Positions 1-12,100 of a stretch of 64,000 nucleotides of DNA are shown here, one piece after another. The translations under genes were made by a program, and so were the position numbers. The stretch covers positions 1-64,000 of the forward strand of contig CAVZSQ010000013.1 of the NCBI GenBank assembly GCA_963777955.1, read 5' to 3'. This DNA is from Calditrichia bacterium (GTDB lineage: Bacteria > Calditrichota > Calditrichia > JAJRVZ01). Every line of letters starts with the position of its first letter. Position 1 is the first letter of the stretch. The notes beneath the pieces were generated by a model. That model saw only the letters and a list, made by a program, of their open reading frames with translations. It did not search any database and was not told the origin of the DNA.

Positions 1-546
1 AAAAAATTAGTTGAGCAGGACAAATCACTCAAATTATCGTCCGCAGGGCATGAGACAGAATATCAGGGGCGGATGGAACATGCCCTGGAGGTGCAACTGC
101 CATTTTTGCAAAGGGTTTTAACTGACTTCAAACTGGTACCTATCATCATGGGGGATCAATCCTATGAGAGTTGCCGGGCTCTGGGCCGGGCCCTGGCCAG
201 TGTGATCACCGATGACCAGACCATTATGGTGGCCAGCTCCGATCTTTCCCATTATCACAGTTATGATGAAGCAAAAATATTGGACAATAAAGTGTTAAAA
301 TCGATTGAAGAGTGGGATTATTTCAATCTGTGCCGTAATCTGAGGATGAATACCTGGGAAGCATGTGGCGGCGGACCGATCACCGCGCTGATGATTGCCG
401 CGGAGCAACTGGGGGCCAATACAGCGAAAGTTATCAAATATGCCAGCTCCGGGGATGTGCCGGTCGGTGAAAAAGACCGGGTGGTCGGATATGCTGCAGT
501 GGTTCTGTACAAAGATCATCGAGCAGAAAAAATCAGCCGAACCTGA
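1..546 (+). CDS. amrB: AmmeMemoRadiSam system protein B (MEMO1 family), 5'-truncated by window edge; probably fused to the AMMECR1 domain that follows
   Basis: Frame open from base 1; MEMO motifs EHALEVQLPFLQ, VASSDLSHY, ACGGGPI, YASSGD...VVGYAA. Confidence 0.85.
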   Translation, partial: KKLVEQDKSLKLSSAGHETEYQGRMEHALEVQLPFLQRVLTDFKLVPIIMGDQSYESCRALGRALASVITDDQTIMVASSDLSHYHSYDEAKILDNKVLKSIEEWDYFNLCRNLRMNTWEACGGGPITALMIAAEQLGANTAKVIKYASSGDVPVGEKDRVVGYAAVVLYKDHRAEKISRT

Positions 547-1096
547 ATTCAATCTCACGGCGGAAGAAAAAAAATATCTGCTGGATCTGGCCAAAAAGGC
601 GGTGGACTCGGCCGTGCGCCGGAATAAAATAATCGATTGCTCGGATGGTGGTTTTAAAGATCTGTCGCTCGATCGCGGTGCTTTTGTCACGCTGACCATT
701 CAGGGACAACTCCGCGGTTGTATTGGCTATACTTCACCCGTCCAATCGCTTTACTCTACCGTGCGTGATATGGCTGGCCAGGCAGCGCTGCATGATCCGC
801 GTTTTCCCGCAGTCAGCGAGAAAGAACTATCAAAACTGAATTACGAGATATCGGTGTTGTCGCCGTTGAGAAGAGTCGTCGATATTAATAATATAGAGAT
901 CGGTAAACACGGATTATTGATCAAAAAAGGGCGATATGAAGGATTATTATTACCCCAGGTAGCTACTGATTATAACTGGGATCGCCTGACCTTTCTGCAG
1001 CAAACCTGCCATAAAGCCGGTTTACCGCCAGAAGCCTGGAAAGATAAAGATACAGATATTTTTTATTTTTCGGCTCTGGTTTTTGGAGAAGAATAA
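532..1096 (+). CDS. amrA: AmmeMemoRadiSam system protein A (AMMECR1 domain); likely C-terminal half of an AmrB-AmrA fusion split by a 1-nt indel
   Basis: Within ORF 395..1096: GAFVTL...[33 protein letters not shown]. Confidence 0.85.
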
Positions 1097-1113
1097 TTAA
1101 TCAGGAGTTTTCT

Positions 1114-3372
1114 ATGATTTTCGATTTTGATATGATCAAAGAGGTATACAAAAATATTAAAAATCGCCAGAGCCAGGCCAGGAAAAAGATTGGCCGGCCA
1201 CTGACTTTAACCGAAAAGATTCTGTTCAGCCACCTGGCCGAAAATATGGAAGGCGTTCCTGAGCGGAAAATAACATACACTTACCTGCACCCTGACCGCG
1301 TGGCCATGCAGGATGCCACTGCCCAGATGGTCGTGCTGCAGTTCATGTCTTCGGGACGCAAAAAAGTTTCCGTCCCGGCCACGATTCATTGTGATCATTT
1401 GATCCAGGCTGAGGTGGATGCCAGAAAAGATCTGTCGAAGGCGTTAAGCGATAACAAAGAAGTATACGATTTTATGGCCAGCGCTTCGAAAAAATATGGT
1501 ATCGGCTTCTGGAAACCGGGCGCGGGAATCATTCATCAGGTCGTTTTAGAAAATTATGCCTTTCCCGGCGGATTGATGATCGGAACCGATTCACATACCC
1601 CCAATGCCGGCGGACTGGGTATGCTGGCTATTGGTGTCGGCGGGGCTGACGCGGTGGACGTGATGGCCGGTCTGCCCTGGGAACTTAAATGGCCGGCCAT
1701 AACCGGGGTCATGTTAACCGGGAAAATGTCCGGTTGGACATCACCCAAGGATGTTATTTTAAAATTAGCCGGAATTTTGACGGTTAAAGGGGGCACCGGC
1801 AAAATAGTGGAGTATTTTGGTCCGGGAACCGCTTCGATCAGTTGCACCGGCAAAGGTACCATCTGTAATATGGGAGCCGAGATCGGCGCTACTACCTCGG
1901 TCTTTCCTTATGATGAACGGATGGCTAAATACCTTCGGTCCACCGGTCGTGGTCAATTAGCCGGATTGTGCGACAAATCGAGCAAAGAATTGACCGCAGA
2001 TCCGCAAGTGCTGAAAAATCCGGAAAAGTATTATGATGAAATCATAGAAATTGATTTGTCCGAACTGGAACCGCATATCAATGGACCGTTCAGTCCTGAC
2101 AAAGCCTGGCCGATTTCCCAGCTGGCCGGGGCCGTAAAAGATAATGGTTATCCCGAAGAGATAAAGGTCGCGCTGATCGGCAGTTGCACCAATTCATCCT
2201 ATGAAGATATCGATCGCTCGGCCAGCATCGCCAAACTGGCCGCAAAAAAGGGATTGACATCAAAATGCGAATTTGTTATTACTCCTGGATCGGAACAGAT
2301 CCGGGCTACTATTGCCCGCGATGGTCAATTAAAAGACCTGATCAAAATCGGCGGCAAAGTTTTAGCCAACGCCTGCGGTCCCTGCATCGGTCAATGGAAA
2401 CGGCATGATGTTCAGCCGGGAGAAAAGAATACGATACTTTCTTCTTATAACCGCAATTTTGCCAAGCGTAACGATGGCAACAGTGCCACCCACTCATTTG
2501 TAGCCGGACCTGAAATCGTAACTGCCCTGGCCCTGGCCGGAAAACTGACTTTCAATCCATTGACCGATTACCTGATCAATGAAAAAGGGGACAAAATAAA
2601 ACTGGAACCACCTAAAGGAAAAGAACTGCCGGCGAAAGGATTTGATCCTGGCGCACGTGGCTATGTTCCACCGGCCAAAGATGGTTCGAAGATTGAAGTT
2701 ATGATCCATCCCGGCAGCGAGCGGTTGGAAAAACTTGTACCATTCCCGGCCTGGGATGGAAACGATTACCTGGATATGGTGATGCTGGTCAAAGCCCAGG
2801 GAAAATGTACCACCGATCATATTTCTCCGGCCGGACCCTGGCTGCGTTATCGCGGACATTTAAATAAACTGTCCGATAATCTTTTCAGCGGCGCCGTAAA
2901 TGCTTTTGGACATGAGGCTGGTTGGGCCAAAAATGTGATTTCCGGCGAGGTCAAGAAGATCAGTCAGAATGCCCGGGATTACAAAACCAGTAAGATCGGC
3001 TGGATTGCCGTGGGTGATGAAAATTATGGTGAAGGATCCAGTCGCGAACATGCTGCCATGGAACCGCGGTTTTTAGGGGGCAAGGTGATCATTGCCAAAA
3101 GTTTTGCCCGCATTCATGAAACCAATCTGAAAAAACAGGGTATGCTGGCCCTGACCTTTAAAAATCCGGATGACTACAATAAAATCCGCGAAGATGACCG
3201 TTTATCCCTCACAGGTTTAAAAGATTTTAAAGCCGGAGTACCGTTAAAAATGGTTATCAAGCACAGTGATGGCAGCCGGGACGTGATTGAATTGAATCAT
3301 TCTTATAATGCTGCACAGATCGAGTGGTTTAAGGCCGGATCGGCGTTGAATTTGATTGGGAAAGGAAAATAA
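1114..3372 (+). CDS. acnA: Aconitate hydratase (mitochondrial-type)
   Basis: [69 protein letters not shown] upstream. Confidence 0.95.
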   Translation: MIFDFDMIKEVYKNIKNRQSQARKKIGRPLTLTEKILFSHLAENMEGVPERKITYTYLHPDRVAMQDATAQMVVLQFMSSGRKKVSVPATIHCDHLIQAEVDARKDLSKALSDNKEVYDFMASASKKYGIGFWKPGAGIIHQVVLENYAFPGGLMIGTDSHTPNAGGLGMLAIGVGGADAVDVMAGLPWELKWPAITGVMLTGKMSGWTSPKDVILKLAGILTVKGGTGKIVEYFGPGTASISCTGKGTICNMGAEIGATTSVFPYDERMAKYLRSTGRGQLAGLCDKSSKELTADPQVLKNPEKYYDEIIEIDLSELEPHINGPFSPDKAWPISQLAGAVKDNGYPEEIKVALIGSCTNSSYEDIDRSASIAKLAAKKGLTSKCEFVITPGSEQIRATIARDGQLKDLIKIGGKVLANACGPCIGQWKRHDVQPGEKNTILSSYNRNFAKRNDGNSATHSFVAGPEIVTALALAGKLTFNPLTDYLINEKGDKIKLEPPKGKELPAKGFDPGARGYVPPAKDGSKIEVMIHPGSERLEKLVPFPAWDGNDYLDMVMLVKAQGKCTTDHISPAGPWLRYRGHLNKLSDNLFSGAVNAFGHEAGWAKNVISGEVKKISQNARDYKTSKIGWIAVGDENYGEGSSREHAAMEPRFLGGKVIIAKSFARIHETNLKKQGMLALTFKNPDDYNKIREDDRLSLTGLKDFKAGVPLKMVIKHSDGSRDVIELNHSYNAAQIEWFKAGSALNLIGKGK

Positions 3373-3444
3373 GGCACTTAGGCACTATGGCACTAAGGCA
3401 CTAAGAAAAAGTCCCTAAGTACCTGAGTACCTAAGCCCCTGAGG
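3373..3444. repeat. Imperfect 8-nt-period tandem repeat (GGCACTWW x4, then GYMCCTRA x4) forming an imperfect inverted pair
   Basis: ggcactta ggcactat ggcactaa ggcactaa gaaaaa gtccctaa gtacctga gtacctaa gcccctga, directly after the aconitase stop. Confidence 0.8.
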
Positions 3445-3460
3445 ATGCAAATGCTCGAGG

Positions 3461-3510
3461 GTCATTCCCGCAGAACGAATGTCTCGCTTGATCGCATGCT
3501 GGCGGGAATC
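3461..3510 (+). repeat. ~50-bp REP-like palindromic element, copy 1
   Basis: GTCATTCCCGC...GCGGGAATC with inverted ends; its reverse complement aligns with 8978..9028. Confidence 0.7.
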
Positions 3511-3595
3511 AAAAACAAGGTTAATGGATAAAGGAAAAAGGATAATGGATTGTAGAAGGTGCTTCCCAGCACCGAAATAATGGTGAATAATGGTG

Positions 3596-3663
3596 CCGCA
3601 AACTTTAGTTTGCGGGAATGCGCCATAGCGAAAGATCGGTAGCCGCAACTCTTGAGTTGCGGC
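3596..3663 (+). repeat. Pair of REP-like perfect hairpins
   Basis: CCGCAAACT-TT-AGTTTGCGG (3596-3615) and GTAG-CCGCAACTC-TT-GAGTTGCGG (3639-3662). Confidence 0.65.
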
Positions 3664-3668
3664 AAACT

Positions 3669-5034
3669 ATGAAAAAGTATTCATCGATCCTATTGATTTT
3701 TGTTATCTATTTCTACTGCTGTAAATCTGACCCTACAGGTACTGATTTAAACGACGATGCTCTGAATGATACGACAATAACCAGAATATCAATCAATATC
3801 AATAATGAATCCCAAGTCATTGAGGGATTTGGCGGCTATAATACGATTCAGAATGAAGGGAGTAACTGGGATGCATCCTTAGCAGAAAAATACGATATTC
3901 TAGCTCTATGATCTGGGTATTACTGTTTTAAGGCATGAAATAGATCCCAGGTTCTGGGAACAGGAAGAAGGACCCTATAGCATCAATGCCCCTGTGTTTG
4001 GAGGTCAGTCCATCTCCGGTAATTTTCAGGATTGCCGCGAGTTAAATCAAAGAGGAGTTGATAGATTTATTGCCTCGGTGTGGAGTCCACCGGCCTGGAT
4101 GAAAACAAATCAATCCACTTATAGCGGTGGAAAATTACGGGTAGAATGTTATGATAAATTTGCTGATTTCCTTATCGCTTACATTAATGCATTTAAAGTA
4201 GCCACGGGTATCGATCTGTATGCAATCAGTATTCAGAACGAACCCAATTTAAGTCTACCCTGGAATTCCTGTGTCTATACTCCTGAAGAATATGGAAATG
4301 TCCTGAAAATAGTTGATCAAAAATTCAAAAATAACGGGATTAATACACGGTTATTTGGTCCAGAAATATTTGCTTTACCACAGGAATTTGAGAACTGGGC
4401 TGGAAGTATCGTTAATCTTGATTCTTTACCCGGCAATCCTCTGGATATCCTGGGAATCCATATTTATAACTCCAATCTGGCCAAAAACTTTTTTGTTAGT
4501 TCAGGCTGGCAATCTCTGGCCGGAACATGTCAAAAATATAATTTGAAACTATGGCAGACCGAGACGTCGATGGTTTACAGTCAGGACTGGCCGGGAGCCA
4601 TGGACCTGGCTGCTGCAATATTAAACGGATTAAAATACGGGAAAATGTCCTTATGGTGCTGGTGGGCTCTGGCTGACGGCGAGGCGTCCAGAGAATATGC
4701 GCTGATTATTGATGGAGAACCGGGACACCGCTATTACGCCGCAAAACATTTTTATAAATATCTGCGACCAGGAGCGGTATGTATTGAAACTGAGGCAGAG
4801 GATGACAAAATCCAGGCAGTTGCTTTTAATTATAAGGCTGAAGAAAAAATTATCATTGTGATAATAAATAATTCTGAAAATGAAAGAAAAGTAAAAATAG
4901 AAATGAATCAATTTTATGACAATTCAAACATTTTCAGTTCTACGGAATTTGACAAATTTATCAGATTAAATATTTTGCCTAATAATATTCTTAAAATTAA
5001 AGCACGGAGTCTTACTACAATGGTATACGAATAA
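3669..5034 (+). CDS. Glycoside hydrolase family 30 lipoprotein (xylanase-like), frameshifted near 3905
   Basis: Signal peptide MKKYSSILLIFVIYFYCC; QVIEGFGG in the first fragment; ASVWSPPAWMKTN, ISIQNEP and LWQTE in ORF 3994..5034. Confidence 0.8.
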
Positions 5035-5046
5035 TCAACTTTAGAA

Positions 5047-5114
5047 GGCACTGAGGGTAGTACCTGAGTTCCTTAGTCCCTTTGTACCTTTGTCTCTCTG
5101 TCTCTTTGTCCCTT
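5047..5114. repeat. Imperfect 8-nt-period repeat tract between convergent genes
   Basis: ggcactga...gtacctga gttcctta gtcccttt gtaccttt gtctctct gtctcttt gtccctt. Confidence 0.75.
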
Positions 5115-8100
5115 CTACTTTACTAACACCATCTTCCCCGTAAAACTCAATCCTTTATCCGTACTGAGGCGATACAGATAAACTCCCGATGGCATGCTCG
5201 CCCCGGAATGATCCGTGCCCTGCCATACAAAGTAATGTATCCCTGCGGGAAGTGTTCCGTCATATAACGCCGAAATTTGCTGACCCAAAAGATTATAAAT
5301 TATGAGCGATATTCGGGTATCCCTGGGCAAGGAGACGGGAATGGTCGTAACCGGATTAAAGGGATTGGGGAAATTCTTACCTAATGCGTATTCATGCGGT
5401 ATAATAGTGTTTAACCGGTCGCGGATGGCAGATTCAGTTCCGACGATCACCTCAAATTCTGATTCTCTGGTAACTGCGATAAAATCATACTCTGACTGGC
5501 TGCGCAGATCAATACACCTGGAATATGCTTTATCGACGAGATACACAGCCAATGCGGCCGGAATCTGGTCAAGATCGGCAAAAGTACAGTTTAATAGTTT
5601 TTTGCGGAACTGCATTTACCTTAAAATCCCAGACCTCGCCGGTGGTAACTGGTTTTCTGATATCAGTGGCAAAAACAGGATAATCCCGATCCCAATCCGG
5701 CCGGTAGAAACAGGCACAAGCCAGATCTTCAATGGCCCGCGGTTTGCGGAAATCCAGTTCATCCAGGCCATTACTGGCAGATTCCGCCACGCCGAAACGG
5801 GTGAACTGATCTTCAATACCGTCCGCTGCTACTTTAATCGTGACCTGCCAATCGATAACCGGTCTGGCCACCGCAGGTTTACCTACTCTGGCTGAATAGG
5901 GAATACGTAGTTTAGTTAGACTGCTGCCAGTATAAAAATAATAACCGACAAATGGTTGCATCACCGTACGATCCTGCCACATACCGCCGGCACCAGTGAA
6001 TTCAATGATCGGATTACTAATCAAATTTTCGTTCTGTACCATAACCCAATCCACGTTAACAAGAAAAGGATTAGTTATTAAATTCCAGCCGGTATGCAGG
6101 TCTATCTCTGCCTCATGATCAGGCATTCAACGTTGCCGGTGTTACATGTATATCGATCACGATCGGGCCATTGTTGATCACCCAGAATGCCCGGCCGGTG
6201 ATCATTCTGAAGATATCGGTACCGGCATACTTGACCAGGTAATTATCCACCGCCCCATTATCCCAGTAAGCCTGCCAGTTCACTCCGGCTTTCCCGCCCA
6301 GAAACTCGCCCAGTAGCATATAGTCATTACCGGGCAGACCGAAAATCCGGTAATCGGTTGAGGCAAATTTATCGGGACTCGCATAACTGGGATAATTTAT
6401 GGTTGAGGATAGATACAAATCGGTCGGATATTGCTCGGTGACAAACGACCGTACCTCAGATTTTAGACTGGTCAATCCACCGCTGGTCACATCCAGCCGC
6501 CAATAATAGGTTGAATTAAAAGTAAGACCGGATCCTTCATAGGTATAAGATGTTGTGGTAATACTACCCATATTAAATATCATATTCGTGAATTCTGCGT
6601 CCGTAGCAATTTGCAGACGGTACGTACCGCTGACAGCAGTCCAGGTAAAAGTAGGCTGTACTTTCACAGCGCTGGCGCCATTGGATGGTGACACCAGAAC
6701 CGGTGCAGCCGGTAAATCAATCGTGGTAAATTGCCTGACCGCAGACCAATTGCTGCTGCCGGAACTGTTCAGGGCGCGCACGCGCCAGTAGTATGTGCTG
6801 TTACTGTTAAGAGTGCCCGGCAGTTATTTGATAAGAAGTGGTGCTGATCCCGGTTACATCTACTACTACACCTCCGATAAAAGTATTGTCCAGACAGACC
6901 TGCGCCTGATATTTGTCGGCAATGGCGACCGGATCCCATGTAAGTGCAGGAGTCAGGGTAACTGACGTTGCCCCTTCAGCAGGTAAAACTAAATTGGGAG
7001 TCGCAACAATGGTTGATTGTACAGATTTTAAAACACCTCTGTTATTTATTCCAGCGAACAGAAAACCGTCTGAATCAAAAGCCAATGCTTGAACGCTCGT
7101 CCATGTATCGCCGGGATTGAGTATTCTTTCAAAGTTCATACCATTATCAACAGAGCGGAAAGGACCGCTATTAGTACCCAAAAACAGCTGATCTGCGCTG
7201 TTGCAGGCAATTGTATAGATTGCTGTGAAATCGAAATTACTTATATCTATCTCTGACCAACTATTGCCGTTATTGTCCGAATATGACAAACAATAATTCC
7301 AATCAGCATCATGTGCCGCTGCCCACAGACGTCCATTTGGCGAAACATTTAAAGCGTTCATTTTTCGCTTGGTCAAGCCATTATTTACTGAACTCCAGTT
7401 GATTCCATTTAAGTCTGACCTGACAATTCCACTGTCATTTCCCAGGCTGGCAAAAAGGAATCCTGCATTTTCATTAGCTATTATTGAACTGACATAACTA
7501 TTATATGGGTAATTCAGAACTATACTCCAATTTGCACCGTCATCTGCACTCCGATTAATCAATCCATTCCCGCCGGCCAATATCACTCCATTGCTTACCA
7601 CCAGCATCTTATAAATTTGCTGTTGCCCCATACCATTAATACATTGCACCCAGTTATTTCCATAATCGGAAGATTTGAATACCCCGCTGAATTGCGTTCC
7701 GGCAAATAATAAATTCTGTTTGATTTTAACCACATTTACAGTTGCTTCAGTCAAGCCGTTATTAATAGAACTCCAGTCGAGTCCGCCATTTGCTGACTTG
7801 AAGATTCCGGCATCATAAGACCGGGGCATATATCTCCAGATCATTACTATGTACAGTTATGTCGGATACAGTCGTATGTATAAAGCCATTGTTCATCTTA
7901 TACCAGCTGCTGCCGTTATCGCTAGAACCGGAACATTCCACTGTTACGCATTCCAACATAGATGTCACTGTTGACAGTATTATAGGTCATATCCCATAAA
8001 TCTCGTCCAACTATCATACTGGCATGGGAAATCCAGGTATCACCCCCGTCAGTCGAACTGAAAAGACCCCGGTCGTAACTGCCAAGATAAATTGTACTTG

Positions 8101-8881
8101 ACGGACCCATTAACAGTTGAGTAAAATACAGATCACCATTTAAACCGTTAGTGGACGGATTCCAGGTTGTTCCGCCATCAAGCGTCTTATACACCCCTCC
8201 TCCGTATGTTGCTGCTAATATTTCATTAGTACTGACCTCCAGTACTGATTGTACATTAGTCGAAGCCAGGTTACCATTAATTTGTACCCAGCTATCGCCG
8301 CCATTAGTAGATCTATAGACGCCGCCACCACCACCATTTTTTGCACCTGCTGCATAGATCGCATCGCCGGATGAGCTAAACGTTATGTCCAAAATATTTA
8401 AAGTTGTATAATTTGCTATACCCGAATTCACATCTGTCCAACTATTCCCATTTTCTGTCGAACGGAATATCCCTCCTTGATATGTACCTGCAAAAAGATT
8501 CTGCGTTGTCCGGTGGCAGACAATCGATTCTATATTAAGATTAGTTAAACCATTATTTATCGGTTGCCAGGTCTGACCTTTATCCTGGGAACGATAGATC
8601 CCTGACCAGGTCCCGATAAACATATCCCTTGCCGCGTTTATACACATAGAATATAAGGCAGCCGGCAAATCAGGTAATCTTACCCAACTGCCGCCAAAAT
8701 CTGAAGATTTGTATATTATTCGTTCGTTCTCAAGTGCAGCAAAAATTTCATTATCCAGATTTACCTTTATACATTGGACACTACCACCCTCAGGTCCGTT
8801 GGTCTGCTGCCAGAAATTTTGTGCAGACAATGGGATGATCAGGCTGAATAGAATAAGTATTGCTCCACAGTGATTTTTCAT
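5115..8881 (-). CDS. Large secreted protein B: BNR/Asp-box beta-propellers + FN3 domains + C-terminal FlgD-Ig/T9SS-type sorting domain; split by about 4 frameshifts
   Basis: Fragments 7922..8920, 6807..7844, 6119..6781, 5569..6126, 5115..5615. Signal peptide after a GGAGG RBS (ATG 8881); repeated SxDxGxTW; YYWR FN3 motifs; terminal KNFPNPFNP...SGVYLYRL...KMVLVK. Confidence 0.8.
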
Positions 8882-8911
8882 TCTTAGATCCTCCATACTA
8901 CCCCCAGAATA

Positions 8912-8946
8912 AAATACCAAATTTCAAATACCAAATTCCAAATTAT
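8912..8946. repeat. Imperfect heptamer tandem repeat (AAATWHY x5)
   Basis: aaatacc aaatttc aaatacc aaattcc aaattat. Confidence 0.6.
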
Positions 8947-8977
8947 TAAATTAGTTCTTCCTGCTATTCGATTCGAA

Positions 8978-9028
8978 GATTCCCACCTATACTACAATCA
9001 AGCCAGACATGCGATCGGCGGGAATGAC
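8978..9028 (-). repeat. ~50-bp REP-like palindromic element, copy 2 (inverted relative to 3461..3510)
   Basis: GATTCCCACC...ATCAAGCCAGACATGCGATCGGCGGGAATGAC vs reverse complement of copy 1 GATTCCCGCC...ATCAAGCGAGACATTCGTTCTGCGGGAATGAC. Confidence 0.7.
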
Positions 9029-9055
9029 ATTCTGCCTCTTTGTCTCTTATTTTAC

Positions 9056-9122
9056 TCAGTGCCTCAGTGCCCTAGTGCCTCAGTGCCTTCTTTGTCCCTT
9101 TGTCCCTTTGTCCCTTTGTGCC
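9056..9122. repeat. Imperfect 8-nt-period tandem repeat directly 3' of the secreted protein A stop
   Basis: tcagtgcc tcagtgcc ctagtgcc tcagtgcc ttc tttgtccc tttgtccc tttgtccc tttgtgcc. Confidence 0.8.
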
Positions 9123-12100
9123 TCATTTAATCAAAGCCATCTTACCGGTTAATCTCTTACCACCGCTTATGACCAATTGATACAGATAAATTCCCGAGGC
9201 TATGACCTTCCCTGATTGATCTCGCCCGTCCCAGACTAAAATAATGTCTCCCCGCCGAGAGGTGTCCGCTAAAAAGAGTTTTAACTTTCTGCCCTAATGA
9301 ATTATAAACCACTATTCTTATATCTGAATTTTCAGGAAGCAATACCGGAATGGTTGTCACCGGATTAAACGGATTGGGATAATTTCTACCCAGGGCGAAG
9401 TCCTGTGGAATTATTTTCTGTAATTCCTGTTCAATTGCTGCTTTATCTCCAACCAGAATCTCAAACTCATTTTCCGGCCGCACTGCCGTAAATGAATAAC
9501 TATCCTGCTGGCCTAGGTCCACATAACTTAAATGCTCTTTATCCAGCAGATAAACTTCCATTGCGGGTTGAACACCTTCCAGCCCTTCAACAGTTAAAAC
9601 CACCTTTTGGCCTGCCGCTGCAGTCACCGTTAACGGCCATATCTCCATGCTTTCAAAGGGCGGACGGAAATCGGTGGCAAATATGCCATAAGTTTCATCC
9701 CATTGCGGACGACTGAAATACGCACCGGGAAAATCCGCAGATATAGCATGCGGTTTACGGTAATCGTATTGATCCCAACCCGCCAGGGCATCTTTGGCCA
9801 CACCTAATTGGCTGGATGATTCTTTTAATCCCGTTGATTCTATACTCACCGTTAACTGCCACAATTTCGCCGGAGCAGCCGTCGGTTTGCCCAGGGCAGA
9901 TTTATAAGGTATTTTCAGTTTAGCTAAATTGGTTACATTGTCAAAATAATAACCCACATACGGCTGCAAAAAATCGGACTGACTCCACAGTGCACCGGTT
10001 GTTCCGCTAAAACTCCACAGGGGCACCGTAATATTATTGATCTGTTTAACAAAATCCCAGCTGACCGGAAATGGAAAGGGAACGGTAGATCAGGTTCCAG
10101 CCGGAATGAACATCGAGCTCTGTTTGCTGATCCGCATTCAGCGGTACCGTGGAAACTGTCCTGGTTACATGTACCGCTCCGTTGTACACCAGCCAGAAAG
10201 CCCGGCCGGCAATACCATCGAAGGCAGAACTTTGATCAAATTTAATAAAATAATTTTCAGCCTGACCATTATCCCAGTATGCCTGCCAGTTTGTGCCTGA
10301 AACAGCCCCCCAACAGATCACCCAATGGTATATTGCCATTTCCGGGAATTCCGAAGATGCGGTAATCGCTTGATACAAAATCACCGGGACCTAATTTCGT
10401 CGGGAAAGTGGTGATATTCTGTAATTGAATATCAACCGGATAACTTTCAGTGGTAAAACCTCTTATCTCCGACCAGTCACTTGTATATCCGGTATAAGTT
10501 ACCTTCAACCGCCAATAGTACTGTTGATTAAAGCGAAGGCCCTGATCCCGAAGTCTAAACTGTTTTTGGGTCACAGTATCGACATCGACCAGTGGTGAAT
10601 CGAACAAAGTTTCATCATCTAACTGAACCTGATAGGTTCCCGCTGTGGCCGACCACTGCAAGGTTGGAAATACCGAGACATTGAGAGCATTATTATTAGG
10701 TGCGCTTAACAGCGGTGGAGCAGGAGCAGAACTCGCTTCTGTAGTAAAATTCCATACTTTCGACCACTCGCCATTTCCGATACTGTTCACAGCCCGCACC
10801 CGCCAGTAATACACCGTGTTGCCGGTTAAGCCATTTATCTGTATAGCCGTGCTGGTCAGACCGGTACGGACCTCAACTAAAGGTAAGGCAAAGGTATCGT
10901 TCTTGCAGATTTGTAATTGATAGGTTTCGGCACCTGCGGTGGTATTCCAGATCAGGGTCGGGTTTACCGGCAATCCTGTTGTACCACTCGCCGGTGCCTT
11001 CAGCAGCGTGATAGTTGGAACGACTCCGGCCACCACCACCATGATCGGCCTGCTGTATAAAGTGAGATCTGTGGCGACAGTGTTGGTTATGGTACAGATA
11101 TAAGTTCCTTGATCCGACACTCCGGCCGAGGTGATGTCGTACACGTTGGCTGTCGCTCCGTTCACAGCCCCGCCATTCTGATACCATTGATAGCGGTTAT
11201 TGCTGCCGCCGACCGTTACACTGATCGATAAATCCGAAGATTGGGCAATGGTAGTATCATAGGCGATACCCACGCTATCCTGCGTGTAATAAGTAAAATA
11301 TTCAATACCGATATTCGGTTCCAGGTCTTCGAAGGTGAATCGATTCAGTTCAGTATACAGATGATTCAGTTTGGTCAAAGAGGTCAAATCCGGCAATCCG
11401 CTGAATTGATTATTCTGCAGAAAAAGAAATTGCAAAGAATCATAATTAGTTATGGCCGGCGGAATCTCACCGGACAGCCTATTGTTGGACAAATCGAGTT
11501 GATTCATCGGTGTATGATTAAATGTCGAACCTACATTACCCGAGAACTGATTATTCGAACAATTAAAGTACGTCAATTTCGGTAACTGGAAAATACCCGG
11601 TGGTATCGGATTGGACAGTTGATTGAATGAACAATCAAAGAATATTAAATTTTCCAGATCGGATAGTGTCGCCGGTAAACCACCGGTCAGTTCATTATCA
11701 TAGAAGAACAGGTACCTTAAACCGGTCAGATTACCGATTTGCTCCGGAACATTTCCCGAAAAAGAATTATTATTTAAAGATAATGTATAAAGTTTCGACA
11801 GGTTTCCGATCTCGGAGGGAATGCTTCCCGATAAATTATTCTGGTTGACAAATAAATATTCCAGGTTTGTCAGGTTGCCTGTTTCCGCGGGCAGTGCACC
11901 CTGTAATTGATTCGCATTCAACATTAAGTAGACGAGATTAGGTAAACTGCCAACACTGACCGGAATCTCGCCGCTAAGTTGATTGCTGGTTAGTAGCAGG
12001 TGACCTAGATTTTTAAAATCTCCGATATTATCCGGTATGGATCCTGTCAATCCATTGGAACTCAGATCAAGAACTGTCAGATTGGGTTGGTTGGTCAGTG

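Noticed and set aside
3415..3665. Short ORFs in the aconitase-GH30 gap
   Set aside because: Translations of repeat elements
5302..5895. 197-aa plus-strand ORF and other antisense ORFs (e.g. 37119..37811, 42599..43261, 58375..58851)
   Set aside because: Shadow frames of well-supported genes with no motifs
3373..9122. Octamer tracts and palindromes as a CRISPR array
   Set aside because: No constant 25-40 bp repeat with unique spacers and no cas genes
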